From contig JBGCFM010000180.1 in assembly GCA_045106895.1 (NCBI GenBank), positions 1-23,345 of the forward strand: a DNA stretch of 23,345 nucleotides, in the 5' to 3' direction. The notes under the pieces are model-generated. The model was given only the letters and a program-made list of their open reading frames with translations. It was not told the origin of the DNA and did no database searches. Below are positions 7,568-16,388 of this stretch, in pieces. Source of the stretch: Polyangiales bacterium (lineage in GTDB: Bacteria; Myxococcota_A; Polyangia; Polyangiales; Houyiibacteriaceae). The position numbers were made by a program, and so were the translations under genes. The first letter of the stretch is position 1; the number at the start of each line of letters is the position of its first letter.

Positions 7568-9282
7568 GGCTTTCTGCGTCGCCGTAGCGTGAGAAGCAGC
7601 ATGAGCGACAGGCCGGTGAAGGACGCGGCGAAGCTCGGCGACGCGGTGGATACTCGGCAGCCGCACCCTTCGTCGCTGAGCGGCATGCCTGCGTCTGAAG
7701 CGCCGGTGTCACGCACCCCGGTGTCCATTACAGAGCCGCCGTCGAGACTTGCGGCGTCCGCCGTTGAAGCGTCGAAGGAGCCGGCGTCGTTCGGTCCTGC
7801 ATCGTTCGGTCCTGCATCGGACACTGGGCCTGCATCCGACATCGGCTCGACCGACCCCGACTCTCCGTCGACCTGGTTGAGGTATTCCTCGATCCACGTG
7901 TACCCGCTGGGTGCGATGTCGTTGTGGTCTTCGCCTTCAGGCACGTTGGCGCTGAACCAGACCTCGGGAATGTGCGGGTTGCTCACGTAGAAGTCCGAAG
8001 GACGCACTTCACTCGGCATCGAGTCGACCAAAGCCTCGGCCAGGGACTGATAGTCGCCGCTGGGAACAAACCTGGAATCCGCGTCCGTTTCTGCGTCGGA
8101 CACAAGCACCGTGTCGATGGCGTCCCGGTAGAACTGAACGGCGCCATCGTTGTCGATGTACTCGCACGCGCCCACGCGAGGAAGGAGCTCTTCCTTGAGA
8201 CTCTCGCTGGGCAAAATAGGAAGCGCTCTACCTTGAAGCGGGAGTCGAGCGTCGACGAACCACGCCGGGTTCACGGGCTCGGTGCTGGACGCGAAGGGAT
8301 ACCAACCAGCTTCGGGCATTTCGGGGTAGCCCGCGGCTCGATGCTGTTCTTCAATGAAGTTGTCTTCGTCCCAGATCTGCGGATTCATCGTCGTATTGGT
8401 CCACGTGGCAAACATCCGGAGGTCGTCGCGCTGAGCAACCCGCGTGATGGGCCCACCTTGGTAGTAGTTGCCGATCAAGTTGAGCCGGTAGTCCCAGGCA
8501 TCCATACGAATGGTCCGGCCTTGCCAGTTGTGAGATAGGTTGTTGATGACGTCCAAAGTGATGGCGCCGCCGACCTTGGGGTGTCTCCAGCCGAGATTCG
8601 AGAAGACGTTTCGATGCACGGACACGCTTCCAAATTCTTCGCCGTCGGAGTTGCCAACGAGCATGCCCTGTTGGCTGTTTCCGAAGAGGTTGTTTTGAAA
8701 CGAGTGCCTCGTGGCGCTCTCTCCTGTACCAGATGTGCCGGCGCCGAGGCCTTTGCTTCTTCCATAGGAGAACGAGCAATGGTCCACGACGACATTGTCC
8801 CCGCCTCGCGTTCCAAGGCACGTCCAGTTCGAGCTGCCGCTGCTTTCTGCCGGGAGGTAGCCGTTTCGAAATCGGATGCCGCGCCAGATCATATTGCCGA
8901 GTCCGCCGGCGGTGCGGATGGCGCTCCCGGTGATGGTGATGCCGCCGAAGGGCGCGGAGAACCCGTTGACGGTGAAGTCTCCCAGGTCGTCCGTCTCTCG
9001 AGGGTGCATATAGATTTGCTCGTCCAAGTGGATGACGCCGCTCACGTCGAATACGATATAGCGACGCACGGGCGTCTTTAGCGCTTCTCGGAGCGTGCCT
9101 GGTCCCGCGCTCGCCAAGCTCGTGACGTGGATGACTTCACCTCCGCGTCCGCCCGTTGTGTAAGCGCCGGCGCCGTACGCGGAAGGGAACGCGAGGGGCT
9201 GGGCACTTGCAGAGTTCGCGACCAAGGCCACAAGCAACGCGGAGAAGGGAATGGTACAGGCTAGAGCGCTCAAATTCTTCAT
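7564..9282 (-). CDS. Pectate lyase-like (PL1-type) secreted protein with MYXO-CTERM
   Basis: Start MKNLSAL with signal peptide; AFPSAYGAGAYTTGGRGGEVIHVTSL..GPGTLREA, IVFDVSGVI, VVVDHCSFSYG, RHPK; DAG linker; GCGCRV...LLLTLRRRRKP. Confidence 0.85.
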   Translation of the reverse strand: MKNLSALACTIPFSALLVALVANSASAQPLAFPSAYGAGAYTTGGRGGEVIHVTSLASAGPGTLREALKTPVRRYIVFDVSGVIHLDEQIYMHPRETDDLGDFTVNGFSAPFGGITITGSAIRTAGGLGNMIWRGIRFRNGYLPAESSGSSNWTCLGTRGGDNVVVDHCSFSYGRSKGLGAGTSGTGESATRHSFQNNLFGNSQQGMLVGNSDGEEFGSVSVHRNVFSNLGWRHPKVGGAITLDVINNLSHNWQGRTIRMDAWDYRLNLIGNYYQGGPITRVAQRDDLRMFATWTNTTMNPQIWDEDNFIEEQHRAAGYPEMPEAGWYPFASSTEPVNPAWFVDARLPLQGRALPILPSESLKEELLPRVGACEYIDNDGAVQFYRDAIDTVLVSDAETDADSRFVPSGDYQSLAEALVDSMPSEVRPSDFYVSNPHIPEVWFSANVPEGEDHNDIAPSGYTWIEEYLNQVDGESGSVEPMSDAGPVSDAGPNDAGPNDAGSFDASTADAASLDGGSVMDTGVRDTGASDAGMPLSDEGCGCRVSTASPSFAASFTGLSLMLLLTLRRRRKP

Positions 9283-9395
9283 GGGCGCCGTCAGAATAGC
9301 CCGCAGAGTCCGAGGGCGGGCTGACGGTAGCTGCGCGAGTTGAACTGAAGGCCGCCTGTGCTCGGGAGGAGCGCTAAACGCTGCCAAGCCCTCGC

Positions 9396-9463
9396 TCAGT
9401 CGTCGCTGCGAATGTCGAAAGACGACCGCACGATGTGGTCGGTGACCGTCTCCATCATCTCCA
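9396..9463 (-). repeat. Orphan diverged copy of the 3' end of the CARDB-EEP gene (pairs with 13226..13299)
   Basis: 63/68 identical aligned bases plus two 3-nt gaps. Encodes EMMETVTDHI-VRSSFDIRSDD* vs EMIETVTDHIPVWASFDIRSDDD*. Confidence 0.95.
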
Positions 9464-9535
9464 CGGCCGAGTCCGAATGCGCAACGAGTGCGGTGAAGAA
9501 AACGGCGGTCTGAGGACGAGCGGGTGCGGGCGGGC

Positions 9536-10792
9536 TCAGCTTCGTGCAGCGGGTGCGAACAACGCCTCGATCACACTTTCGTGCGTGGGAGGGGCCCCAC
9601 GTGCAGGCGGAGCTCCGAGGTGGCGAACGATGGCGTCCGCGATTTCGCCGGCGCTCGCGTCGTTGGGTGACAACACCCGAGCTGCGCCGACTTGTTCGAG
9701 GTCTGCGGCGTTGGCGAATTGATCCGTCGAGAAGGGCAGCATGATCTGGCGCGTGCCGGCGCTGAGGCACTCCTGGACGCTGTTGTTGCCACCGTGGTGA
9801 ATGGCCAGATCGGCGCTCGACAACATCGCGACCTGGGGAAGCTGCGGCGCGATGACCCAGTCCTCTGGAGTTGGACCCAGCGTGCTGACGGGCGTCGTGC
9901 CAACGGCCATGGCGCCTCGGACCTTTGCAAGTCGAAGGGCTTCGGCGACTCGTGCGAGCACATCACCTCGATGCGAGAGGAACGTGCCGAAGGCGACGTA
10001 GACGCTTGGGCGCTTGGCCTCATCGCGCCAGGTTGCGAGGTTGTCCGGCAGCGCCTCCTCACGGACGAGTGGACCGACGAATCGATAGTCGCCGGGCAAC
10101 ACGCGATCGGCTTGGTGGTGTTGCGCCATGCTGTTGTAGAGCACGCGGTGCCCATGGACGCGAAACGCGTCGTCAACCGGCGACGAGCCTGGGGCGACGC
10201 GGGCAAGCGCTGCGTTCCAACGGGCGGTGAACGCTGACGTCACGCGATCGGCGAGAAGCTCGAGCTCGGCGAGCTTACCGGGATCGGGCTGTAGACAGGC
10301 CGGCCACCGTGCGGGGATTCCGTAGCGCTCGCGGCCAAGGGGCAGCTGGCTGGGGTGGCCGGGAACGAGCGTGACAAACGGCCGTCCGCTCGCGTACATG
10401 CCCAAGGTCGACGCAAAGGACACGTGGTCGACAAGCGTGACGTCCGGTTCGACGTCGCTGGTGAGTTCGCAGATCGACCGGGCGACCTGCTCCGGGTTCC
10501 ACAATAGGTCGTGCTCTCGTTGCAGGGCTTGATATCGAATGGTCTCGATGGCCCCCATTCGAGTCGCGGCGACAAAGCGCTCGAGTGCCGGGTCGATGGA
10601 CGCGATGCCACTATTCGAACTCGCACCGAGGCGTAGCTCTCGCCATTCGAAACCGTCGCTCTCGACGAGACTCCGTAGCGCCGGCCCTGTAGCGACGACG
10701 ACTCGTCGACGGTCTCGCGCGGCGGCGCGAGCGAGGACCGCCATGGGCGCGTAGTGCGAGGTGTACTCGGGGCTGATGACGAGGAGCGTCAC
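9536..10792 (-). CDS. GT1 / UDP-glycosyltransferase (MGT-like)
   Basis: N-terminal ..SHYAPM; YVAFGTF; signature LPQVAML..ADLAIHHGGNNSVQECL..G...IMLPFSTDQFANA. GTG start overlaps the upstream TGA (10789-10792). Confidence 0.9.
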   Translation of the reverse strand: MTLLVISPEYTSHYAPMAVLARAAARDRRRVVVATGPALRSLVESDGFEWRELRLGASSNSGIASIDPALERFVAATRMGAIETIRYQALQREHDLLWNPEQVARSICELTSDVEPDVTLVDHVSFASTLGMYASGRPFVTLVPGHPSQLPLGRERYGIPARWPACLQPDPGKLAELELLADRVTSAFTARWNAALARVAPGSSPVDDAFRVHGHRVLYNSMAQHHQADRVLPGDYRFVGPLVREEALPDNLATWRDEAKRPSVYVAFGTFLSHRGDVLARVAEALRLAKVRGAMAVGTTPVSTLGPTPEDWVIAPQLPQVAMLSSADLAIHHGGNNSVQECLSAGTRQIMLPFSTDQFANAADLEQVGAARVLSPNDASAGEIADAIVRHLGAPPARGAPPTHESVIEALFAPAARS

Positions 10793-13008
10793 AAGGGAGC
10801 CGCTTCACCCCGATAGAGGTTGGCCAACTGGTCAGCCATCTTTTCGACGGAGTAGCGCTCCTCGACCATCGTCCGTGCTCGCGTGGCCCGTCCGGGGCGA
10901 CCCACCAGAGCGTAGGCATCGCGGATTGCCTGGCTGAGATCGCCGTTGGCGGCGGCGAGTATTCCGGTATCGCCGTGATCCACATACGTCGGTGGACCAC
11001 CCGTGCTGGGAGCTGTCACGACGAGCCCGGCGGCGAGTGCTTCGAGCAACGCGAGGCCAAACTCTTCCTTGAGCGCGCCGTTGACATACACGCCACCGGG
11101 AGCCCAGCAACCTTCCACTCCGCGACCCGCTGCCACGAGAAGCTCAGCGACATCGGCGCGGGGTCGACCGCCCAGAAGCACCAGTCCTGCGCGACGTGGG
11201 TCGGCTCGCGGAACTTCCCGGTCAATGGCGTTGAGCACCGCGCGTTCCGTGAGGGAAGGCTTGGAAAGGTCCCCGCCGACGATGACGAGGTTGCAGCTCT
11301 CCCGCAATGTCGGGTCTGAGGCCCACGCGGCGACGACGCGTTCCATGCCTTTGACCGGATGAAGGCGTCCGACACTCAACAGCAGGGGGAGGTGGCGGCG
11401 GCTCTCGGGAATCTGATGGGCCAAGTCGGCGAGGGCGTTCCTTTTCCTGACGGGTGTTTCGGAACAGCTCGCGTCGCGCGCTCGGCGGATCAGATTCACA
11501 TCGATACCTTCGGCGACGAAGGCGACGCCGCGGCTGCGCCGTTCAACGTCAACGCCGAGAAGGTCGACGAGCTCCGCGGGGCGCGAGCGCGGGAATAGCG
11601 CCAACCGGTCCGCTTTGCGAGTGAGCCGTTCGATGAGGCGGGCTCGAAACCAAACGTGGCTTTTCGTGTCGAGCCGCACGAAACTCTCCTGATCGAGTTC
11701 GCCGCGAGTCTGCATGGAGTGCAGGACGTTGTGGGGGTCCGGCGCAACGCTAAAGCAGATGGGCATTCCCATCGCTCTGGCCACTTCCGCGCCGGCGAGC
11801 GTTCCAACGTCTGCCATGCGCAGGTGGAGTACGTCGGGCTGCGAGCGCCGCAACAAGCGCCGAAGGCCCCGTTCGACGGTTGCAAGGTGTTCCCAGCTCT
11901 CGTCCGCGGACCCGGCACATCGCGCGTCGTCGCCGATGGCGATCATGCCGTACTCCAGTGACGACGTTGCTGGTTTTTGCGACGCGGTGAGCGCTTCGGA
12001 CACGCTTCCTCGTCCGATGGTGAGCACATGGCCCACGTCCTCGCGGCGGGCAAGAGCCTCGCCAAGCGACACCAGCAAACTCGCCACGCCGCCGGTTTCA
12101 CCTCGTCCCCCGAGGCTCAGTTGGCCATCGAGGCCTCCAGCCAATACAAGTTGCGCCACCCTGAGGCCGCGCTGCCGTGACGGGGCGCTCGAGGACGCCG
12201 GACTCCTATGCGCCGGACCCCTATGCGCCAGATCTTGAAGCGCCAGCGCGGCGTGGGCGCCGATTGCGTCATCGCACCGAGCGAGGCGGCGCAGCGTTGC
12301 CTGAGACGCTTGCCCGGTCCGCTCCCCGAGTGCTCCGATCGCCGCGATCCGTACCGAGGCCGCTTCGTTCCGGTCTTCGGCGATTCTGAGAAGCCTTTGG
12401 CGCGAGCCGCCTTCGATGGAAGCGAGAAGGTCGATGTAACGAGCGCGGACCCCGGGCCTGGCCTCATCGGCCAGAGACTTCTCGACGAGCGCGGTGACGG
12501 CGCGTGGGTTGATGGACGCCCAATGACGCAACGTTCGATACGCGTGCAGGGTATCGACTCCGCCGAGGGTGAGCTGCGCCAGCAGAGGCGTCATCGCCCG
12601 TGCGGAAGGAAGGCGCTGGCCGAGCCGCCAGCTCGCATGACGACGCACGATGGGTGCCGAATGTGAGAGGAAGTCGGTCAGAACATCGTCGGATGAGTGA
12701 TGTTGGACCTTGGCCAGTGACTCGACCGCCAACAACGTCTGAAATGTTCCGTCGTCGGCGAAGGCTTCCAGTTCGCTCACCAGGTCGCTTGGCTTTGGGG
12801 AACGACCGGCGAGGTCAGCAAGCTCGTCGGACCGGCGCAGTGCCCACAAAAAATCGCTCGACTCTGCGAGAGCATGGAGTTTGTCCAGGTACCGTCGATT
12901 TGGCGAGATCCCGTAGCGAGGGACAGGCCATGAGGGTTGCAACGCCTTGGAACGAACGTCTGACTGTAGTGTTGTGGGGACAGGCACGGTCCAGGGTCCT
13001 GGGTCCAA
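10789..13008 (-). CDS. HEAT-repeat + GT4 glycosyltransferase fusion (start uncertain)
   Basis: HEAT repeats (VRRHASWRLG, VRIAAIGALGE); GT4 motifs LGGRGETGG, SVGRLHPVKG and EEFGLALLEALAAGL. Confidence 0.88.
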   Translation of the reverse strand: MDPGPWTVPVPTTLQSDVRSKALQPSWPVPRYGISPNRRYLDKLHALAESSDFLWALRRSDELADLAGRSPKPSDLVSELEAFADDGTFQTLLAVESLAKVQHHSSDDVLTDFLSHSAPIVRRHASWRLGQRLPSARAMTPLLAQLTLGGVDTLHAYRTLRHWASINPRAVTALVEKSLADEARPGVRARYIDLLASIEGGSRQRLLRIAEDRNEAASVRIAAIGALGERTGQASQATLRRLARCDDAIGAHAALALQDLAHRGPAHRSPASSSAPSRQRGLRVAQLVLAGGLDGQLSLGGRGETGGVASLLVSLGEALARREDVGHVLTIGRGSVSEALTASQKPATSSLEYGMIAIGDDARCAGSADESWEHLATVERGLRRLLRRSQPDVLHLRMADVGTLAGAEVARAMGMPICFSVAPDPHNVLHSMQTRGELDQESFVRLDTKSHVWFRARLIERLTRKADRLALFPRSRPAELVDLLGVDVERRSRGVAFVAEGIDVNLIRRARDASCSETPVRKRNALADLAHQIPESRRHLPLLLSVGRLHPVKGMERVVAAWASDPTLRESCNLVIVGGDLSKPSLTERAVLNAIDREVPRADPRRAGLVLLGGRPRADVAELLVAAGRGVEGCWAPGGVYVNGALKEEFGLALLEALAAGLVVTAPSTGGPPTYVDHGDTGILAAANGDLSQAIRDAYALVGRPGRATRARTMVEERYSVEKMADQLANLYRGEAAPL

Positions 13009-13038
13009 TCCTTGGATTGTCCACGCTCGCGCGATCTG

Positions 13039-13056
13039 AAACCTCCGGCGAGGTTT
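13039..13056. other. Perfect 7-bp hairpin AAACCTC-cggc-GAGGTTT (terminator or operator candidate)
   Basis: Inverted repeat between the nuclease stop and the GT4 start. Confidence 0.35.
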
Positions 13057-13225
13057 TGTCAGCCGTCGGTGTCAGCGGCCTGTGCGCACTCCCGCGTGCG
13101 ACTCCTTCTCGTTGTCCGGCGGTTTCGGAAGTCGCTCGGTGCTCGGTGGCGTTGCGGGAACTTCAGCGGAGCTTGCTCGTCAGCTCTCGCGCATCAAGCA
13201 GCACGGCTAGCAAGCCGCCCCGCCG

Positions 13226-13299
13226 TCAGTCGTCGTCGCTGCGGATATCGAAAGACGCCCACACGGGGATGTGGTCGGTGACCGTCTCGATCATCTCCA
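13226..13299 (-). repeat. In-gene copy of direct repeat 1 (3' end of the CARDB-EEP gene)
   Basis: Matches 9396..9463, including the 21-nt perfect run gatgtggtcggtgaccgtctc. Confidence 0.95.
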
Positions 13300-16267
13300 T
13301 CCAGTTGGCGTTTGTGAAGTCGAGGGCGCCGGAGCCAGTCATCTCGCTCAGGTAGGGCCCCGGGAAGAAGATGTTGTCGAAGCTGTTCGAGAGGCCGCTC
13401 AACCCGATGCTGGTCTTTTGCTCGGGGGCCGTCACGAAGGTGATGTCGTCGCCGCCGCCAAGGAAAAGATACGCCGCATCGTCCGCGGGCAGGTTGAAGT
13501 CACCGCCGATGAGTACGTCGGACTCGGAACCGTTGGCCTCCTGGAAGTAGGCGTAGACGTCGCCGAGATGACGGGCTTCTTCGCGTCGCTGAGCCAACTC
13601 ACCGTAGCGCTGATGGAAGGTGAGGAACGTGAAGTCGAACTGGCCCATTCGGAAGTTCGCGCCGTAGGGCTCGCGCTTGAAGTCGTCTTCGAGGTCTGGG
13701 TAGAAGCCGATGGCTTCTGTCATCTGAACGTCCGCGGTTCGCCAGACGAACGCATAGAACTCCGTGCTGCTGCCCCGGCCGGCTTCCCTTGGGCTTACAT
13801 GGCCAAACCATGCTTCTCCGGTGATGAACTCGAGGGCATCGACGAGCTCGGCTACGGCCTGGGGCGTCTCGATCTCTTGAAGTCCCACGAGGTCAAAGTG
13901 GCTAACGATGCACGCGAGGGACGCGAGGTCCTTACCATTGTCGTGGCCAAGGTGGAGCGTGTTGAACGTCGCGATGGTGTGGAGCGGGAGCAGGTCTCCG
14001 TCGGCGAAGAGGTCGAGGGGGCACTGGTATGGGTAGACCGGCGCGTCGGCGGAGTCGGCGCCGATGTTGAAGGGAATCGCCAGGACGTTGTTACTCTCGT
14101 AGCGCTCTTCGATGGCGCGTTCGCTGTCCATGACAATGAGAATGTAGGCGCTTCCATCTTCCGCGTCGGCGGGGATGCGAAGGTCCGCGTTCATGTCCTG
14201 GTGAGAGCCGACTGCGAGGGCCGATGTGTCGCGGTACGCCAGGTAGTCGTCGTCGTCGTCGCGGCGCGTGTCGCTCGAAAGGTAGAACTTGATGCGAACG
14301 GGTTCTGCTGAACGCACGCCACCGTTCTCCACGGTGAAGTTCACGTAGGCCTTACGGCCCGCCTCGATGGACGTCCGATCGATGCTGGCGCTCGCGCTGA
14401 AAAGGTCCGCCGCGTCGAGGCTTGGATCGTCCACCGTCACCTCGATGGGCGTCGCCCGGACGTTGTTGCTCTCAAAAGTCTCCACCACCGTCTCGCCGGC
14501 GTCGGCGACGGCGAGGAGGTACCAGGTGCCGTGCTCCGCGATGGCGGGGATAAGCGGCTCGACGCTCTCGTCGCAGACCTGTCCGGGCATGAGCGCAGGA
14601 ACACTGTCCGCGCCGACGTAGTCGTCGGACTCGTCGTAGCGGCGGTCGTGGGAGAGGTAGTACTTCACTCGGCTGCTCGCCGCGGGGAAGTCGCCTACGT
14701 TTTCAAGTTGAACGTGCAGAGCGGCGCGGGTTCCGGCGGGGACTTCCATGCTCTCGGTGACGCCGTCTACGACCATTAGGTCGGGTGCTTCGAGGTCGGG
14801 GTTGTCGCGGGGCGCAGCGGGGTCGCTGGCCACGACGGGCATCGCGACAAGATTGTTGGACTCGAAGCGCTCGCTCACGTCGTCGTTTGCGTCGACGACG
14901 ACCAACACGAACCAGCCGCCTTCATCAACCACGTTTCCAAGGGAGAGATTCGCAGACTCGGATCCGAGCTCATCGACACCGAGCTCCCCGACGCGGTCGT
15001 AGTTCAGGTAGGCGTCGTCGACGTCGAGGACGTCGTCGTTCGAGAGGTAGTAGCGAAGGATATTGCTCTCGGCGGCTCGCACGCCTCGGTTGGCCACCTG
15101 GAGAGAAGCCGCGAACGTACCGTCTCGACCTTCGAGGGTCGCGCCCTCGATGATGAGGTCCGCGCGATCGGCGTCTGGGGCGTCTCGCGTCACCAGAAAA
15201 GGCACGGCGACGGTGTTGTTCGCTTCATCGAACTCGTTGGTGTCTTCGTCCGCGTCGACGACCAGGAGCAAGTAGTAGGCGCCGGCGCTCGTCGCTGTGC
15301 TCACTCGAAGCTGGGCGCCTTCCTGGCTCCGTGCGCCCGGCGACAGCGCCCCAACACTGTCGAAGCTGAGCTGGCGGTCCCCGGCGTCCCGGCGTTCGTC
15401 CGTGGAGAGGAGGTAGATCAGTCGTGAGGCTTCGGCCGCAGCGAAGCCGAGGTTCGCCACCGTCGCGCTGACCTCAAGGGTCTCCCCGGCGAGCACCACG
15501 GGGGATGGCACGACGACGTCCGTCGCAACGAGGTCGGGAAGCGCGTCTACGCCGCCGACCATGAGCGGCACAGCGTTCGCGTTGTCTTCGTCGAGCTCCG
15601 TGACGTCTCCGTCGAAGTCAGCGACGAAGAGAATGTAGTAGTAGCCGTCCGTGGTACCAGCGGGAACTCGTAGGTTCGCTTGCTCTTGCTCGGATGCTCC
15701 GCCTTCAAGGGCGTCGACATCGTCGTAGTTGAGATAGGTGTCTTCGTCGTCCAAGACGCGGTCCCGAGAGAAGTAGTACTTCAGTCGCGACTCGCCGGCG
15801 CCCTCGGAGCCCGCGTTCCGCACGTCGCAGTTGGCGGCGACGACCTCGCCTTCTTCCGCGCGGTCCAGCGCGAGTGACGCGTTGTCGACGATCAGGTCCA
15901 CGGACGCCGGCTCTTCGGCGCCCGCGACGGCGTAGGCCAAAATCTTCGCGATGGCCGATTCGCCGACGTAGGCGACGGAGTCGAGCTCTTCGATGTCGTC
16001 GAAGAGGTCATCGTCGTCGGGGCCTGGCAGTCCATCGCGGTGCTCGATGATGTTCGCGGCGGCCCGTCGATCCAGGCCCACCTCATCGTCAAGAATGGCC
16101 TCGGTGACGTTCAGGTCGTTGACGAACGCCAGCACCACGCCGGCTTCCGGCGAGCCCTCGATAACCGCCACGGTCTGCTCACCCATCTCATCCGTGAGAG
16201 GGTCCTGGCCGCAGGCGGTGAGGAGTAGAGCGGCGAAGAGCAGGGAGCGTGTACGAAAACAGAGCAT
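13226..16267 (-). CDS. Lipoprotein: HhH-like domain + 5 CARDB repeats + DNase I-like EEP nuclease
   Basis: Lipobox LLTA-C; LDDEVGLDRRAAANII..FDDIEELDSVAYVG; five xDL...N.G....S...YYLS.D...E..E.NN repeats; ATFN, GLQEI, FKREPY, GGDFN, FDNIF and TDHIPV. Confidence 0.88.
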   Translation of the reverse strand: MLCFRTRSLLFAALLLTACGQDPLTDEMGEQTVAVIEGSPEAGVVLAFVNDLNVTEAILDDEVGLDRRAAANIIEHRDGLPGPDDDDLFDDIEELDSVAYVGESAIAKILAYAVAGAEEPASVDLIVDNASLALDRAEEGEVVAANCDVRNAGSEGAGESRLKYYFSRDRVLDDEDTYLNYDDVDALEGGASEQEQANLRVPAGTTDGYYYILFVADFDGDVTELDEDNANAVPLMVGGVDALPDLVATDVVVPSPVVLAGETLEVSATVANLGFAAAEASRLIYLLSTDERRDAGDRQLSFDSVGALSPGARSQEGAQLRVSTATSAGAYYLLLVVDADEDTNEFDEANNTVAVPFLVTRDAPDADRADLIIEGATLEGRDGTFAASLQVANRGVRAAESNILRYYLSNDDVLDVDDAYLNYDRVGELGVDELGSESANLSLGNVVDEGGWFVLVVVDANDDVSERFESNNLVAMPVVASDPAAPRDNPDLEAPDLMVVDGVTESMEVPAGTRAALHVQLENVGDFPAASSRVKYYLSHDRRYDESDDYVGADSVPALMPGQVCDESVEPLIPAIAEHGTWYLLAVADAGETVVETFESNNVRATPIEVTVDDPSLDAADLFSASASIDRTSIEAGRKAYVNFTVENGGVRSAEPVRIKFYLSSDTRRDDDDDYLAYRDTSALAVGSHQDMNADLRIPADAEDGSAYILIVMDSERAIEERYESNNVLAIPFNIGADSADAPVYPYQCPLDLFADGDLLPLHTIATFNTLHLGHDNGKDLASLACIVSHFDLVGLQEIETPQAVAELVDALEFITGEAWFGHVSPREAGRGSSTEFYAFVWRTADVQMTEAIGFYPDLEDDFKREPYGANFRMGQFDFTFLTFHQRYGELAQRREEARHLGDVYAYFQEANGSESDVLIGGDFNLPADDAAYLFLGGGDDITFVTAPEQKTSIGLSGLSNSFDNIFFPGPYLSEMTGSGALDFTNANWMEMIETVTDHIPVWASFDIRSDDD

Positions 16268-16283
16268 GGGACGGCTGAACTAA

Positions 16284-16300
16284 CGCAACCATCATGCCAA
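16284..16300 (-). promoter_or_regulatory. Sigma-54 (-24/-12) promoter
   Basis: Minus strand TTGGCATGATGGTTGCG fits TGGCAC-N5-TTGC with GG-N10-GC spacing; it ends 16 nt upstream of the ATG at 16267. Confidence 0.8.
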
Positions 16301-16388
16301 GGGAAACTTCAATGATTTCAACGCTCCGATCTGGCGGCCGGAGTAGCCGATCCTGGCGCCAGTCGTCACCACAGCCAAAAAGACCGGG

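Noticed and set aside
9283..9387. Longer N-termini in the ORF track (9387, 17321, 19162)
   Set aside because: The extensions are low-quality sequence preceding clear signal peptides or SD/-10 elements, so starts were moved to 9282, 17216 and 19129.
9396..9770. 124-aa minus-strand ORF as a real gene
   Set aside because: It overlaps GT1 out of frame; only its last ~22 codons are meaningful (relic 1).
9396..13299. Transposon target-site duplications or IS ends
   Set aside because: The repeats are ~70 bp, diverged and aligned to codons and stops. No terminal inverted repeats or transposase were seen.
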